Assembly: GCF_001447785.1 (NCBI RefSeq) | Contig: NW_015172595.1 | Location: forward strand, 251,036-314,829 | Reading direction: 5' to 3' | DNA: 63,794 nt | From: Gekko japonicus | Taxonomy: Eukaryota | Notes under the pieces: model-generated | The model's database searches: none | What the model was told of the DNA's origin: nothing | What the model saw: only the letters and a program-made list of their open reading frames with translations | Position numbers and translations under genes: made by a program | Shown: in pieces, positions 24,601 through 37,015 of the stretch | Layout of the letters: each line of letters begins with the position of its first letter | Position numbering within the stretch: the stretch's first letter is position 1

Positions 24601-27097
24601 GAGTAAGAAAACAACAACAACGAACCACCCAAACACTGTGGCCTGAATTGGGCGGATAAACCTGAAGGTAAACCTGAAAATTTGATTTTCATTCCTACAC
24701 AAAATACATTGAGGTCCACTTAGGTTGGCTAAAATCTTCCCAGCATATTTGTATATTTCCTCAGAAAGTTTCATCCAGTGCTGCTGTGTCGTTACGTTGC
24801 ATCCCTTTGTGTTGCTGAAATACCTTCGGCAACATGAAGACCACTGTGGATCTCTTTGGGCATGTAAAGCCTTGCAAATGAAAGGACTCTAGGAATTGGT
24901 GGAATTAGTTTGGGCTTTTAAAAATTCTCCTCTGTCACGTCCAGAGTGCTGAATAGTGTGATGCCTTTTGTATCACTTCCATTTCTCTTTCACAGTGTTC
25001 AATATTGAAGGGGGAAAGTTTTCCTTTGGCCTCTTTGGGGGATATTCATGCGCAGCTGGAAGTGCCCAGAAGGGCGAAGCAGAAAGACGGCCAAGATAGT
25101 CATGATGTCCAAAATAGAAAGCAATTTACATGGACAATTAAGATGGAATCACCAGGGGGCTTGGAGGAGGAGAGTTTGGATTATGAAGCTCGGAAATTCA
25201 AGGGGTTTTTTTTTTAATCACTGAATTCACCTGAGACCAGGAAAAATGAATGACAAAAATTGTGAAATGACATTGTTTCTCCATTCACCTGAATATTGGC
25301 CAGCAGCTTAGCCAAGATGCTTATCTTATGATGGCCACACTTTGATTTGGAAGACAAGACAAGACTAGAAATGAATGCAATTGCCCCTTTCTGAGGAGTC
25401 TGCAGATTGAAGAGGCAGAGGAGGGTTGTTTTCCTTGCTTTCCCCTTCTCCATGCAGCTACCTGTGTTTTTGTGGCTTTGCATCCAGGTGGCCTCCCCAG
25501 TCTTCAGCACCACCTCTTTGAGGCTTAGGGGTAGCTACTTGGAGAAAGAAGAGGAAGGAAAAATCCTCATCCACCAGCCTTTTCTGCCTAGTAAGTACTT
25601 CAATTTCACTGTGAACAGATCTAATTTTTCTTGTCTTCAGATTGCCAACTTCAATTCACTTTATAGTTTACTTAGAGCTCCAGATCTCATTCTCTTTCTC
25701 TCTCTCTCTCTCTCTTAGTAAGTACTTCCATTTGACTGTGAACAGATCTAATTTTCTTGTCTTCAGATTGGCAACTTCAATTCACTTTATAGTTTANNNN
25801 NNNNNNNNNNNNNNNNNNNNNNNNNNNNNNNNNNNNNNNNNNNNNNNNNNNNNNNNNNNNNNNNNNNNNNNNNNNNNNNNNNNNNNNNNNNNNNNNNNNN
25901 NNNNNNNNNNNNNNNNNNNNNNNNNNNNNNNNNNNNNNNNNNNNNNNNNNNNNNNNNNNNNCAGTTCTTTGGTTCATTCCAGTACAAAATGGATTAATGA
26001 CCTTTTTTTCTTGCACATGCAATCCATTTTTGGAACAACTCCCATTCATTTTCATGAGGCTCGAACAGAAGTTGTCCTATCTGAAATGTGCTATGTGTCA
26101 ACCCTATGTAATGTCATACTTCATAGATTAAAAACTTCTGCTTCTCATTTTCTTCTTTGTGACATGGATGCCCAGGAGGGGTTTTTCCCTGTATTTTAAT
26201 TGTCAGGGTTTGACATGAAACACTGAAGTTTATTTACTATAGAAGATATCCGATATGTTATTCACAAGCTTAAGTGAAGCAAGTGAGAACCACTAAAGTC
26301 AACATGAAGCATTAGCTACTTCAAGATACTTACTGTCCTCATCACATTCTATGCCAGCTACCAGTGGAAGACAGGGGCCCCTTGCCACCAAGCTTCACCC
26401 CCTGGCCACCAATCAGCTTGCCAGCAGGGGGGACTTACTTGGAAAAAGAGCAAGGCCCAGTCAACGTTGCAGCAACAAGTCTACATCACTTCCAACGTGT
26501 CCTAGAAGTGACACTATCGCATTGGTGACATCAGACACTCTGATAGTTGGGCAAAAACTCTGAGGTAGAGTTTTTGCCCAAATACCAGAGTGCCACCCTG
26601 ATGTTGCTGCATGATGACATCACTTTTGGGTCACATCAGAAGTGATGTAGACACATTGCTGCAATACTAGCTGGGCCTCCCTCTCGCTCCCAGTAATTCC
26701 CCCCATCCCTCTCCAGCTGCCAGGAGTATATACCTGCAGTATTCTAGAGGTGCATTTGGACTCTGATTTTTCCACTGGAATACTCCTTACAAATGAGCAC
26801 TGTCCTATCTCATCACCTTTGTGTTATATCTAGAGACTGGTGAAGACACTAGAACAACTAATCAGGAAAACCTCCTGTGAGGTATCATTTAACAAATGAA
26901 AACCATGCCATGAAACCATCTCTCACACAGCATGATGCCTTTCCCCCTACATGTATGCCTTGCTACTTTTTAAATGCTTGTTTCCCATACCTTTTGCTTA
27001 CACACACGCACACACTCATGCACACACACTCCCCCCATCTACTATCACACATTGATTTTCAGACTAGATATTCCCTGGAGCAGATAGTAGACATCTT

Positions 27098-27260
27098 TGC
27101 TTGTAATATTGCATGAAAACACTGAGGGATTGTAATATTGCTTGAAATATTGCTTGAAATATTTCATGAAATATTTCATGAAATATTGCATGAAATACTG
27201 AAATGCATGAAAAAAATGCTTGAAAAAAATGCTTGTGATATTGCATGAAAACACTGAGGG
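27098..27260. repeat. 12-bp minisatellite bracketed by a 31-bp direct repeat
   Basis: AATATTKCWTGA units lie between two copies of TGCTTGT(A/G)ATATTGCATGAAAACACTGAGGG (27098-27128, 27230-27260). Confidence 0.9.
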
Positions 27261-30200
27261 GTTGAACACCCCATATACTCACCCACCAAAAACCTAGCTG
27301 TGGCTATTAAAGAATATGTTTATTTCTGTTTTCTAGAATATCTCCTTCAGCAGAAGACAGAACACAGCCGCTAGCAAGGACAGAAGGCGAATGTTGTTGG
27401 CTGAGGGGACTGAGCATTACTGAGCCCGAATCTGGCCTAGTAACGAGGCAAGGTAGGAGATCTGATTGGAGGAGAGGGAGTTTACAGTTACCACCTCCTC
27501 CACCTGTACTTGTTCCTCTCACCCAGAACCTACAATGGGTAATGTTCTTTCCCTCCTTGTTCTCCAGATGTCTTGTACCATCATGTGCCAAGCCACAAAT
27601 TTGTACTAAGGATTCTCCAAGTTTCATGAGATATGAGAATCTGAGAAGCTCTATTGAGCATGAGTGGCTTTCCATGCTTCATATCGAAATACCTGGAGAA
27701 TGACAAGGGCAGAATAATTAGTTCCTGGGTGGGGGCAGGAGAAGCAGGTGGCTCAGCCATTGGCCAAGCCCTACCCCCTCATCCTAATGAGAGAGGGATA
27801 ACTAAACTCAGCAACCCTGAAACCAATTTTGCTCCCGCTACCTGTGACTTTTTCTGATGGAAGGGGAAGCCTGGTCTTCCTTTGATTTAAAGTCTACTAT
27901 TGGGACCGAAATTTGGCTCAAAAGTCAGTGTGCCAAACAGCATTCTGATTCTGAGCCCAAGTTCTTCCCTTCAGTGGTCAGCTTGAGCCTTCCTTCCTTT
28001 CCAAAGCAAGAGTGGCTGTGAAAGGGAACTTGGTTTTAGGGGCAGCTTTGAACCCAAGTAATCTTTCATCCTGGATTGAAAGGGAAGGTTGGGGCACAGC
28101 CTCCTTCATCCTGTGGTGACTATTAGCAGGAAAAGGTTAATGGTTTTCATTCCTCCAGAGTTCATGGCCCTGCACATATTTTATGGGAGCCCCATCTCTA
28201 CTTAGGATTATTATTAACAATCAGCACAACTTGACTTTAACTCTAAAGACCATTCAAGAAAATTTTCTCATGCAGCGTTACACCTTTCTAAACTTGTTGA
28301 CTTTAATAGATTGAAGAAGGTACAAGCAGGGACCTACAAGGAACTTGCAGGAAGGGGGTATCCCATTCCCCCATCCTCTCTCCCACCCCTTCTGTCACTT
28401 TCTAACTCTGTCTCTCTCCTTCCCCCAATGCCTCCTCTCTCTCTCTTGCTTATATCTCTAGGAAGAAAGAGACTGTGAGGATGGGGGTTGTGGCAGCACC
28501 AACACTGTTTCCTCCACCCAGCACCCCCCACTTGCAGTACCAGTGCTGGAGAGGATCACTCCTCCTTCTCCTCCATTCCTCCACAGCACCTGCAGCAGGA
28601 GGGATAGCAATGCCCCCCACACACTTATAGAGCCTCCTCAGCTGTGACAACGGGGCTAGCGGGGGTGGTTCCTCCAACTTCCCTGTCTGCAGTATGTCCA
28701 CAAGCTCTCCAGCACACAGAACTGTATGAGTATCAGTTCTGCATAAATACAAACAAATTTTCTCTGCTTTGAGGTTCTGCAGGTCTCTCAAGTTTGCAGG
28801 AAAATCTTCCTTCTGTGTAAGCAGCCCTTATCCATGGATTTAAGAATCCACAGATGGGGTCACACTTCACTATTAGAATATCTGATCATTCTGTTTAGGA
28901 TTACACTATTGGTGAAGAATACTGCTAAGGTGTGGGACTAATACGGGGCTGGATGAGATGAACTCTACTTTATTTGATTTGTAAAACAATTAAGTATTTG
29001 CTCATATGTACTACTACCATAACCGGGCTTTAAAACAATCTGTTTGGAGGCATGGCCAGTGGAAATTGGATTTATCATTATTTCCTTCCTTCCACGGCTC
29101 TCTGTCAACACAACAGCATAGTCACTACCCAGATATGTGATATTATAAACGGACTCTGAATTGTGTGGGCTGGCTGCACATCTGTTGGGTAAAGTTTGGT
29201 GTTTTTAAGACTATGTAGCCATTTTACTTCCTGCACAGAATGTGTGTATGTGTGTCACTTGCACCAGCGCCCACATGTAGACGTTCCTAGTTGGAACATC
29301 AGGTGGTAGCCAGGAAAATTTCCATTGCTTATTATGATTCATGTGCAGTGGCCAGTTCAGACAATCATGAATACCAGAGTGAAAGAGAGACCCCAAATTG
29401 GATGTATGAATCAAAGAACACATCTTGTGCATGAGGTTCTGTTACTGAATGGCCACTCTTTGTAGTTAATTCTAATTCAGTAAAAGTGCATTTTTAAATG
29501 ATGGCTTTATTACAGAAACCCCTCATTTGCAATAAAATACACCGCTTTAAAAGGTAGAGAGCATTTACTGTACATTCAGATAAAAATCTCACTATACGAA
29601 GACATTATCAGAGTTAGGAAAGTACCTCTGAATACAATGTAGCTCTTCCATCTGCTCAGGTGTTTCAGAATGAAAGGGCTGGCAGACTGAGATACGGCAA
29701 TGGAACTTTTTTTTGAGGGGGGGGGAGAAAATGTTCAAATAATACCCAGGCAAATACTAATACTGGGAACTATTATGAAGACAAGGTAGAATTACAGAAG
29801 GTACCCAGAAGCAGATGTCATTATACATACAATGAAATATCAGGCCAAGTTGCATAGCAGGCAGCAGCTTTGTCAACTGAAGGAAGGCAAAGGGGCAAGG
29901 CAGGCAGCAGTTAAAGAGCTGGCAGATGCCAGCATGCCAAACCCTTAACAAGATTCACTAGCCTTGTTGAACTTTCAGAATACACAAGAAGGATTACAGG
30001 GTGTATGCAGACACAGTATTGACAAACACACTGTAATAAAACACAAAATTATTCTAACATAAGTTATGTATTAATAAAAGATAATGAAAATATATGATGC
30101 ATAGAATAAAATAACAGAATCCTAAAATACAATGGTCAAGCAAGATGGAAGGGAGGGGGAAATCCAGGCCCACACGCTCCCTCCCTGTTCTGTTTTCTTT

Positions 30201-30842
30201 CCCTCCTTCTCCATAGGCAAAAGGGGACGTGTCCTCCCATTCAGGCAAACTTTTAAAAAGCCAGAGAGATCATAAGAAGGAATCAGTAAATATAAAGGAC
30301 TAGGGGATTCCCTGCTCCCAAATGTGTCAGTCTTGCATTGTGGGCCTGGATTTTCCCCCTCCCTTCCCTTTCTTTTTGAAGAATTATAGAGGAAGGGAGG
30401 GGTTGGGTCTGCAGCTGAAAGTTTTGAAAGATGTTTGCCTTTCCCTTCATCTTAGACAAAGTGGCCAGTTAGCTCAAAAAAAATGCAGGTTTTGCTTGTA
30501 GATGCAGAATGCATACAGAATACACAATAAATTGGAGGGGGGGGGAAACAGTGTAGAGGGAATCAGGGCCTGCCCCAGGTTTTTTTGCACACCAGGCAAG
30601 GTTACCTTCTGGTGCGCCCCCCCCCCCAGTGCACCCACCAATTTTCAAACATAAGTGCATTTTAGGAAGAATTAAAAACACAAAATCTGAAGTTGCTAAT
30701 TTCTTTTCTTTTCTTTAATTGTGAGAACAAGTAATACCATCTCTGATTTTCTCTCTCAAACAGAAAAACAGAAATCACGAAGCATTTTGAAAAATACTGT
30801 TAATTGTGATGTTGAAATTTAAGTCTCTCTAATGTTTCCATT

Positions 30843-30929
30843 TCAGGCCTTTTCTTTAGCTAATGTTGTCACCAATTCCTTTAGGTCAAGCACTGATGCT
30901 TCAGCATGTTCAACTGAAATAGCTGCCAG
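30843..30929 (-). pseudogene. Remnant of the hAT transposase C-terminal dimerisation region
   Basis: Translation LAAISVEHAEASVLDLKELVTTLAKEKA* resembles the hAT/ZMYM1-type LAILSIE...LD...LI..FA..KA tail. Confidence 0.7.
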
Positions 30930-31040
30930 ATGGGGGGTTTTAAACAGCCATAACTCCCTAGAAAAATGACCAAATTTATAAAATTACTTTAAGATCAGGA
31001 AAGATGGAAATTGGTGTGTGCTTCTAAACCCTGCCCTTCT

Positions 31041-31266
31041 AAGCCAGTTTGGTGCAGTGGTTAAGAGTGGTGGACTCTAATCTGAGAACCGGGTTTGATT
31101 CCCCACTCCTCTATATGCATCCAGCTGGGTGGCCTTGGGCCAGTCACAGTTCTGTCATAGCAGTTCTCTCAGAGGCCTCTCTGTCCCACAGGGTGTCTGT
31201 TGTGGGGAGAGGAAGGGAAGAAGATTGTAAGCTGCTCTGAGACTCCAAGTGAAGGGCAGGGTATAA
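31041..31266 (+). mobile_element. Squam3-like SINE nested in the hAT
   Basis: AGCCAGTTTGGTGCAGTGGTTAAG head and a body matching the other copies. Confidence 0.85.
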
Positions 31267-32466
31267 CAAATCAATGAAGGCAAGATTTGAATTGGTGACT
31301 TCCTAGCTCAGAGTATGGTTGCTTAGGCACTACAGTCTCATCCCCATTGCTTCTTTCCAGTCTCTTTTTTTCCCGGTGACTTCCCAGGGGGAGGCTGCTT
31401 CATACATTAATAGCTCTCTGCATTTGAGTGGCACACCGCCATCTTTATACTATCCAGTGAAGGATCTCCATAACTGGATAGCTATTGCAAAGCACAACCT
31501 ATCAATATCTGCATGGCTCATAATAAGAACAATGCATTTGCCATTGGAAACCAGAGCAGGGCTCAGTCCTTCGCCAATGAATCTTTATTGTCTGTTTTAT
31601 ATACCCTCCATTGGGAAAGTAATGTGTGCAGAGGGGATGCAAGTGTGCTCCCTTAATGGGATAAATGGCAGGTAATCCAGGCCATTTCAGGTCAGTAAAA
31701 TAGTGCAGCCAGCTGGAAGACCTACACCCTCCTCTCTTTGCTAGCCATGGTTCCCATCTGAACTGCACCCATGCACACCTAAGAATCAAGAAACTCCCAG
31801 AGCACGGTGGTTTATTTGACCAGCAAACAAAACCAGGGAAAGTGCATCATATAGTTTGGTTCTTAGCCTGAATGGAAAGCTGCATTCAGACATAATGATA
31901 AGTCACGGTTTGCTTAAAGTTCACTATCTGCAACAAAGTTTGAGTTTTGAGAAGCTGCATTCACCACTTGCCACTGACACTGAAAGCTACTGCTTGCAGT
32001 TCACAATTGCCTCGTCTAATCTACATGACCTGGTAGAACTCTGAGGGAGTAGAATGGGCTGTATCCCTAGGGGAGCATTCACTAGGGTTGCCAACTCCAG
32101 GTTGGGAAATACCTGGAGATTTGTGCAATGCCCGAGGAGGGAAAGGACTCCAATGGGGTACAATGCCATAGAGTCCACCTTCTGAAGTGTCCACTTTCTA
32201 CAAGTGAACTGATCTCTGTTCCTAAATATCAGTTGTAATAGCATGAGATGTCCACTCCAGCCACCCCCTGGAGGCTGTCCTCCTACTCCGACTTCAGACC
32301 AGCATGGGTGCTCCTCCCAAGGATTTTTGGCCTGTGAGGGCTTGAGAGGGTTAAAGCGATAGAGCTGAGCTTCCTAGAGAGCTGGTGCAAGTCCTCCAAC
32401 TACCGTTTGAAACTGGCTTTGTTACAGGACTGAGACTTGAGCCAGACAGGGAGGAAAGGTTGGAGG

Positions 32467-32673
32467 CAATGTTCCTTCTAAGCTGTGGAGCCTTGTGAGC
32501 AAAAATTCTACTCTGTGAGCTACTGGCATGAAATCTGTGAGCGAACGATTTGGCTACTGCATCAATTAGTTGGCTCTGGAGTCATCCTTCCTGAGCGAGG
32601 ACAAAAAATCTGTGAGCTGGAGGATGAAAAACTGTGAGCTAGCTCACACTAACTCAGCTTAGAGGGATCCCTG
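32467..32673. mobile_element. hAT MITE family A, copy 2 (nested in the large hAT)
   Basis: 8-bp TSD GTTGGAGG. Homologous to 8764-8972. Confidence 0.92.
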
Positions 32674-35600
32674 GTTGGAGGGGTAAAGAAGATGACCTGT
32701 GGGGCAGCAGAGGCGGAGGAGGAGGGAGAGAAAGATCCCCCATGCCGACGGGCAGCCCCGTGGACTGATGATCAGTATGAGGAGGGGAGAGACGGGCACA
32801 CACAGTAGCTCAGCGCATGAAAGAGAACTCCCCCGGCTCCCTGCTTTTAGGAACCTTAATAAGGGGATGCTGATAATCCATCTTGAGAGTCACCTGAATG
32901 CTCTTTCAGCTGCAGCCACAGGGGCTATTGTACCATGTCCAAAAAGAACACAATGTTGTGGCCTCCTCCTCCTCTCCCCATTTCTGTCAGCGGGGGGACA
33001 GAGGGAGTGAAGCCTACTGAAGTGTTCTGGGGACTCGAAAGCATGGCACTTCTGGGCTGTTTTAGGTGGTCCTGACCTTTTAAAAAGCTATTATGTGGGT
33101 TCGGGGCTCTTTCTACCAGTAAGCAGACATGGCATTCAAAACACAAAACAAAACAACAAAAAAAGAAAAACCAAACACTACAGGCTGAATTTCTGCTCAG
33201 ACATTATTATGGGAACCACTGAACCCCCGGCCTCCTGGTAAACATGGGGCAAAATCTTACGTTCCGTCACCGCCATCCTTTCCGAGGGGTCTAAGCAGGC
33301 AAGGCTGGCTTTGACTATCTGGGCCATTGGGGGTGGGGGGCGGTCAGGAGGAGGCCAAAGATTCGAAGCGTGCTCCTTCACCCCCACTGATGTCATGAGC
33401 TGGAATTCCTCTTGGTCGGGGAGGGGTGGGAGCACGCATGGGAGCACTTCCCCAAAAGCTGGGAAGAGCTCATGTGGCGGGTGGGAAATCAGCCTTAGCT
33501 GTGCCATCCTTTCTGAGGGGTCTAAGCAGGCAAGGCTTCTCTTTTTCTTCCTGCCATGGCCATCTGACAGCTTCCCCCTGCAGGCGGTGACTCCCAGCCT
33601 CTGCAGTGGCTGCACCACATGTGGCCACCCATGGCCACCTCCGGCCTGGGGCTCCCCCTGCCTGCTAGCTGGCTTCCCGCCTGCCCCCCATGCCCAAATC
33701 CAGCCGGGACAGCCTTGGGTGGCCTCCGGGCAGGCAGGTGGGCAAAGGGACTTGGTGTACACTCCCACCTCGCCGCCTCCCTCTCCTCCTCCTCCTCGAC
33801 CTCTTGGCACAGCAGCAGGGGGAGTCTCAGGAGAGCAGCCAATCCCTGCTCCGCCTGAGCAGGCCAAGCCAAGGGGCACTGAGACGGCCCCTTAGAGCAG
33901 GGCTTTTGGGAGGGGTGGCAGGCCGGCGCAGCACCCCACCATGAGGTGGCACAGCGCCCCGCCATGAGGTGGCGCCCCAGGCAAATGCCTACCTAAGTTC
34001 TTCTATGGGCGGGCCAGCCCTGGAGGGAATGCATGCAACTGCAAAGTCAACCCTTAAGGCTTGACTCCTCAGATTCTCCAGAGCAAGCTGTCAATGTAGA
34101 AAGGGGCACAAAGATTACTCCTGGGTTCTTGTGAAATGCTTCCAGCTCCAAGGAAGAAGAGGAAGGCTGAGGCCTGTTCTTCGCTTTTGAGAAGAGATGC
34201 TGTTTTGGTATGAATTGCCAAAGAAATCTTCTAACTCTTATGTTTAGCTCCTGTCCTCAACTCTCCTTGAACTCTTCAAACCAGACTGCCAGGCTCCAAC
34301 AAAATGAGCAAGTGGATAAAACAAAGAGATCCTGTTCATTCATCATTATTCCCATTCATTTTTGTTACCTAACAAATGTAATGAGTGCGGCTTTTTCAGT
34401 TTATATTTCTTACTTCATTTGGAAATGAATGCATACCTTCACTAACTGTTCAATTGGCCTTCAGTGAGAATTTTTTTCATGTAATCTTTAAATTCTGATT
34501 AGGTGTTTACAACTATATATATATTTATAAAATGGTAAGTGGTCCTATTAGGTAACATAGCTAGTTTTTCTCGTAGTTGTTAGCTTTATGGAAACCAGAA
34601 ACTGCTTTTTAAAGTACTAATTACTGTTAGTTTCCTGCACCTCATCAGAGATTTTATCTTAAGTCACACATAGGGCTGGTTCTAAAGAGTTGGGTAGAGG
34701 ACTTCTGCTGGTGTACCAGGACATCGGAAGTCCCTCATACTAGTGCCACACACCATGTTCCTGGAACAGCTGCCATAGAAAATAGGGGCAGGTGCCTGAA
34801 AATGTCACTCAGTGTGTGATCAATCGCAGGCTTGTCTAGAAGTCAAACTGCCTCAGGTATGTGAGCGGTACCACAAGGTTGCACATGTTGGACTGCTTGA
34901 ATCCTGGTCAGTATTCTCTATAAAATCATGTATTGGTTTAGGATTATGTTTCATAAAACTGAGGGCAACACCCTGAGGGCGCTAAAGTTCTTTGATACCT
35001 GTTTCTACAATTCTGCTTAGTGGTTAACAATTTGCCAGTTTATTTCTGGAAAATCCCCAAAGCCATTTCCCAGAGGCCCTCTGGAATCCCAGCAATAATG
35101 AATAGATGATCATTTGAACTGCTGGGCTGCCTCTACAAAACTGTCCAAGCCAAAAAAAAAAAAAAAGCAAACACCCAATCCAAACATAAAGTAAGAAGAG
35201 CCCCTGCTGGATTAGACCAATAGTACATCTAGTCTGTTATAGTTCCAACAGAGGCCAAATAGAAGGGGGGAGATAGTTGCAGTGGGAGGGGAAGGAGTGT
35301 CCCCTAAAATCTCACTGTTGGTGGAATATGCCTGCAAATCATTTGTATGGATGTTAAGCCTTCTCTCCAAAAGTAAATGTTCAGGACTTCTGGGCTGATA
35401 ATACAGATCTATCTCTTTTTCAACTGAAAATACAAAATTGTAATAACGTGCAGTCAGATAAAGTGCTGATTATCCTCTCAATGATAAATGAAATGGGGGG
35501 GGGTTTAAAATGGGGATGATGAATGTGAAAAGTCAGAAATCTTGCTACAGCAGGCAAAGCCTCTTTTATGTACCCATCTCATAAAAGTGTCGTGGATATT

Positions 35601-35934
35601 TAAAAGAGAAATATGCTAAAATTAAAATGGAGTAGAAAAAAGTCATTTCACATACTTAATGGCATAATGAAGTCTTTTTAATGTAATTTTCTTTACTCTT
35701 CTGATTACATATTCCAAAAGAGATTCTTAACTTCCATCTTTATTAGGTGGAATGTTTGTCATCATTATGAGTTAAGTATTTTCATAAACATTTGATGAAT
35801 ATTAACCATTTAAAATTAAAAAATAATAGTTTACTCTCACTCTAATGACTGCTGGATATGGAAATGTTAATATCTAAGTAAGTGCAGACAAGATGTTTGC
35901 ATAGAACATAAAGTCCAATGCATGTCTAAGATTT

Positions 35935-37015
35935 GCATGTCTACAACAGCCTGGGTCCTTATGGGGGCCCCTGTGGCAGCATATATCCAATAAGTGCTTC
36001 ACCAGCGACACTGGCTCCAGGTTGAACACCGGATCTGATTCATGGTTCTAGTATTAACCTTTAAGGCCCTAAACAGTCTGAGACCAACATACCTATGGGA
36101 CTGCCTCTCTTGGTATACCACCAAAGAGCATTATACTCTAGAGCAGGGGTGTCAAACATGTGGCCCCAGGGCCGGATCAGGCTCCCGGAGGGTTTCCATC
36201 AGGTCCACAGTGGAACTGGCCATCTCCTGCTTCCAGTTCTGCTGCTGCTGCTGCATCATAGCTTGCTTTGCCAGACTTGCTTAATCGCTCAGCCATTTCA
36301 TGTTCTAACCTGTGTCCTAGACTCAGAACTCTGAGCATGAGACTTTTGTGGTGAATGTCAATAAATCAAAAGCAGGTTTGCAGCTTACAGAGCTAATGTT
36401 TTAAGCATGTTTTTATTTTAAGTAAAAAAAACCCCACCTTTGTGTTTGTGTCCTTTATAAAGTTTGTATCTCCACTACCTGGCATTACATTTTATGACAC
36501 ACATGGCCCGGCCCAACAAGATCTCATTTACGTCAGATCTGGCCCTCATAACAAATGAGTTCGACACCCGTGCTCCAGAGAGCAAAATCTCCTGGTAATC
36601 CCTGGCCCAAAAGAGATCCAGCTGTCTTTAATCACAGCCAGGGCCTTGTCGACCCTGGCACCGGCCTGGTGGAACTCTCTGCCTAGTGACATCCACGCAC
36701 TGTGGGACTTGGTCCAGTTCTGCAGGGCCTGTAAGACAGGGATATTCTTCCAGGCCTATGACTGGTGACAACAACGGTTTTGTCATTTGTCATTGAGCCT
36801 GGCCTCTGTTACTTCCCCACCCCCCACCCCAGAGAAGGGTATAAATTGGTAGTCAATGCCATCTGAACAAACTTTAACTTATATTGTTGTTGTTTTAGCT
36901 GTTTTAAATGTAACGGCTTTAATTGTATTTCATTATTATTTATTGATAAATAATATGTGTTTACTGAGTGTTATACACCGCCCTGAGCCCTTTGGAGGAG
37001 GGTGATCTATAAATT
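35935..37015 (+). mobile_element. L2 LINE 3' fragment interrupted by a MITE
   Basis: HWL...VLVLTFKALNSLRPTYLWDCL and APAWWNSLP motifs, plus a CCGCCCTGAG...GGAGGGTG tail. Confidence 0.8.
36144..36572. mobile_element. hAT-Charlie-type MITE
   Basis: TIRs CAGGGGTGTCAAAC / GTTCGACACCCGTG and TSD CTCTAGAG / CTCCAGAG. Confidence 0.9.

Larger units (their letters stand above)
30564..34022 (-). mobile_element. 3459-bp non-autonomous hAT transposon with nested elements
   Basis: Perfect 8-bp TSD GAGGGAAT (30556-30563, 34023-34030) and TIRs CAGGGCCTGCCC / GGGCCAGCCCTG. The empty site is visible at ~43716-43723. Confidence 0.92.
30176..34113. repeat. Copy A of a ~475-bp duplicated block (30176-30563 + 34031-34113), interrupted by a hAT
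   Basis: Colinear with 43328-43804 once the insertion and one TSD copy are removed. Confidence 0.9.

Noticed and set aside
27098-27260. CRISPR-like repeat array
   Set aside because: Only two long repeats, the interior is a minisatellite rather than unique spacers, there are no cas genes and the context is eukaryotic.
33178-33879. 233-aa ORF
   Set aside because: GC-rich transposon subterminal DNA that is open in several frames on both strands, with no domain.
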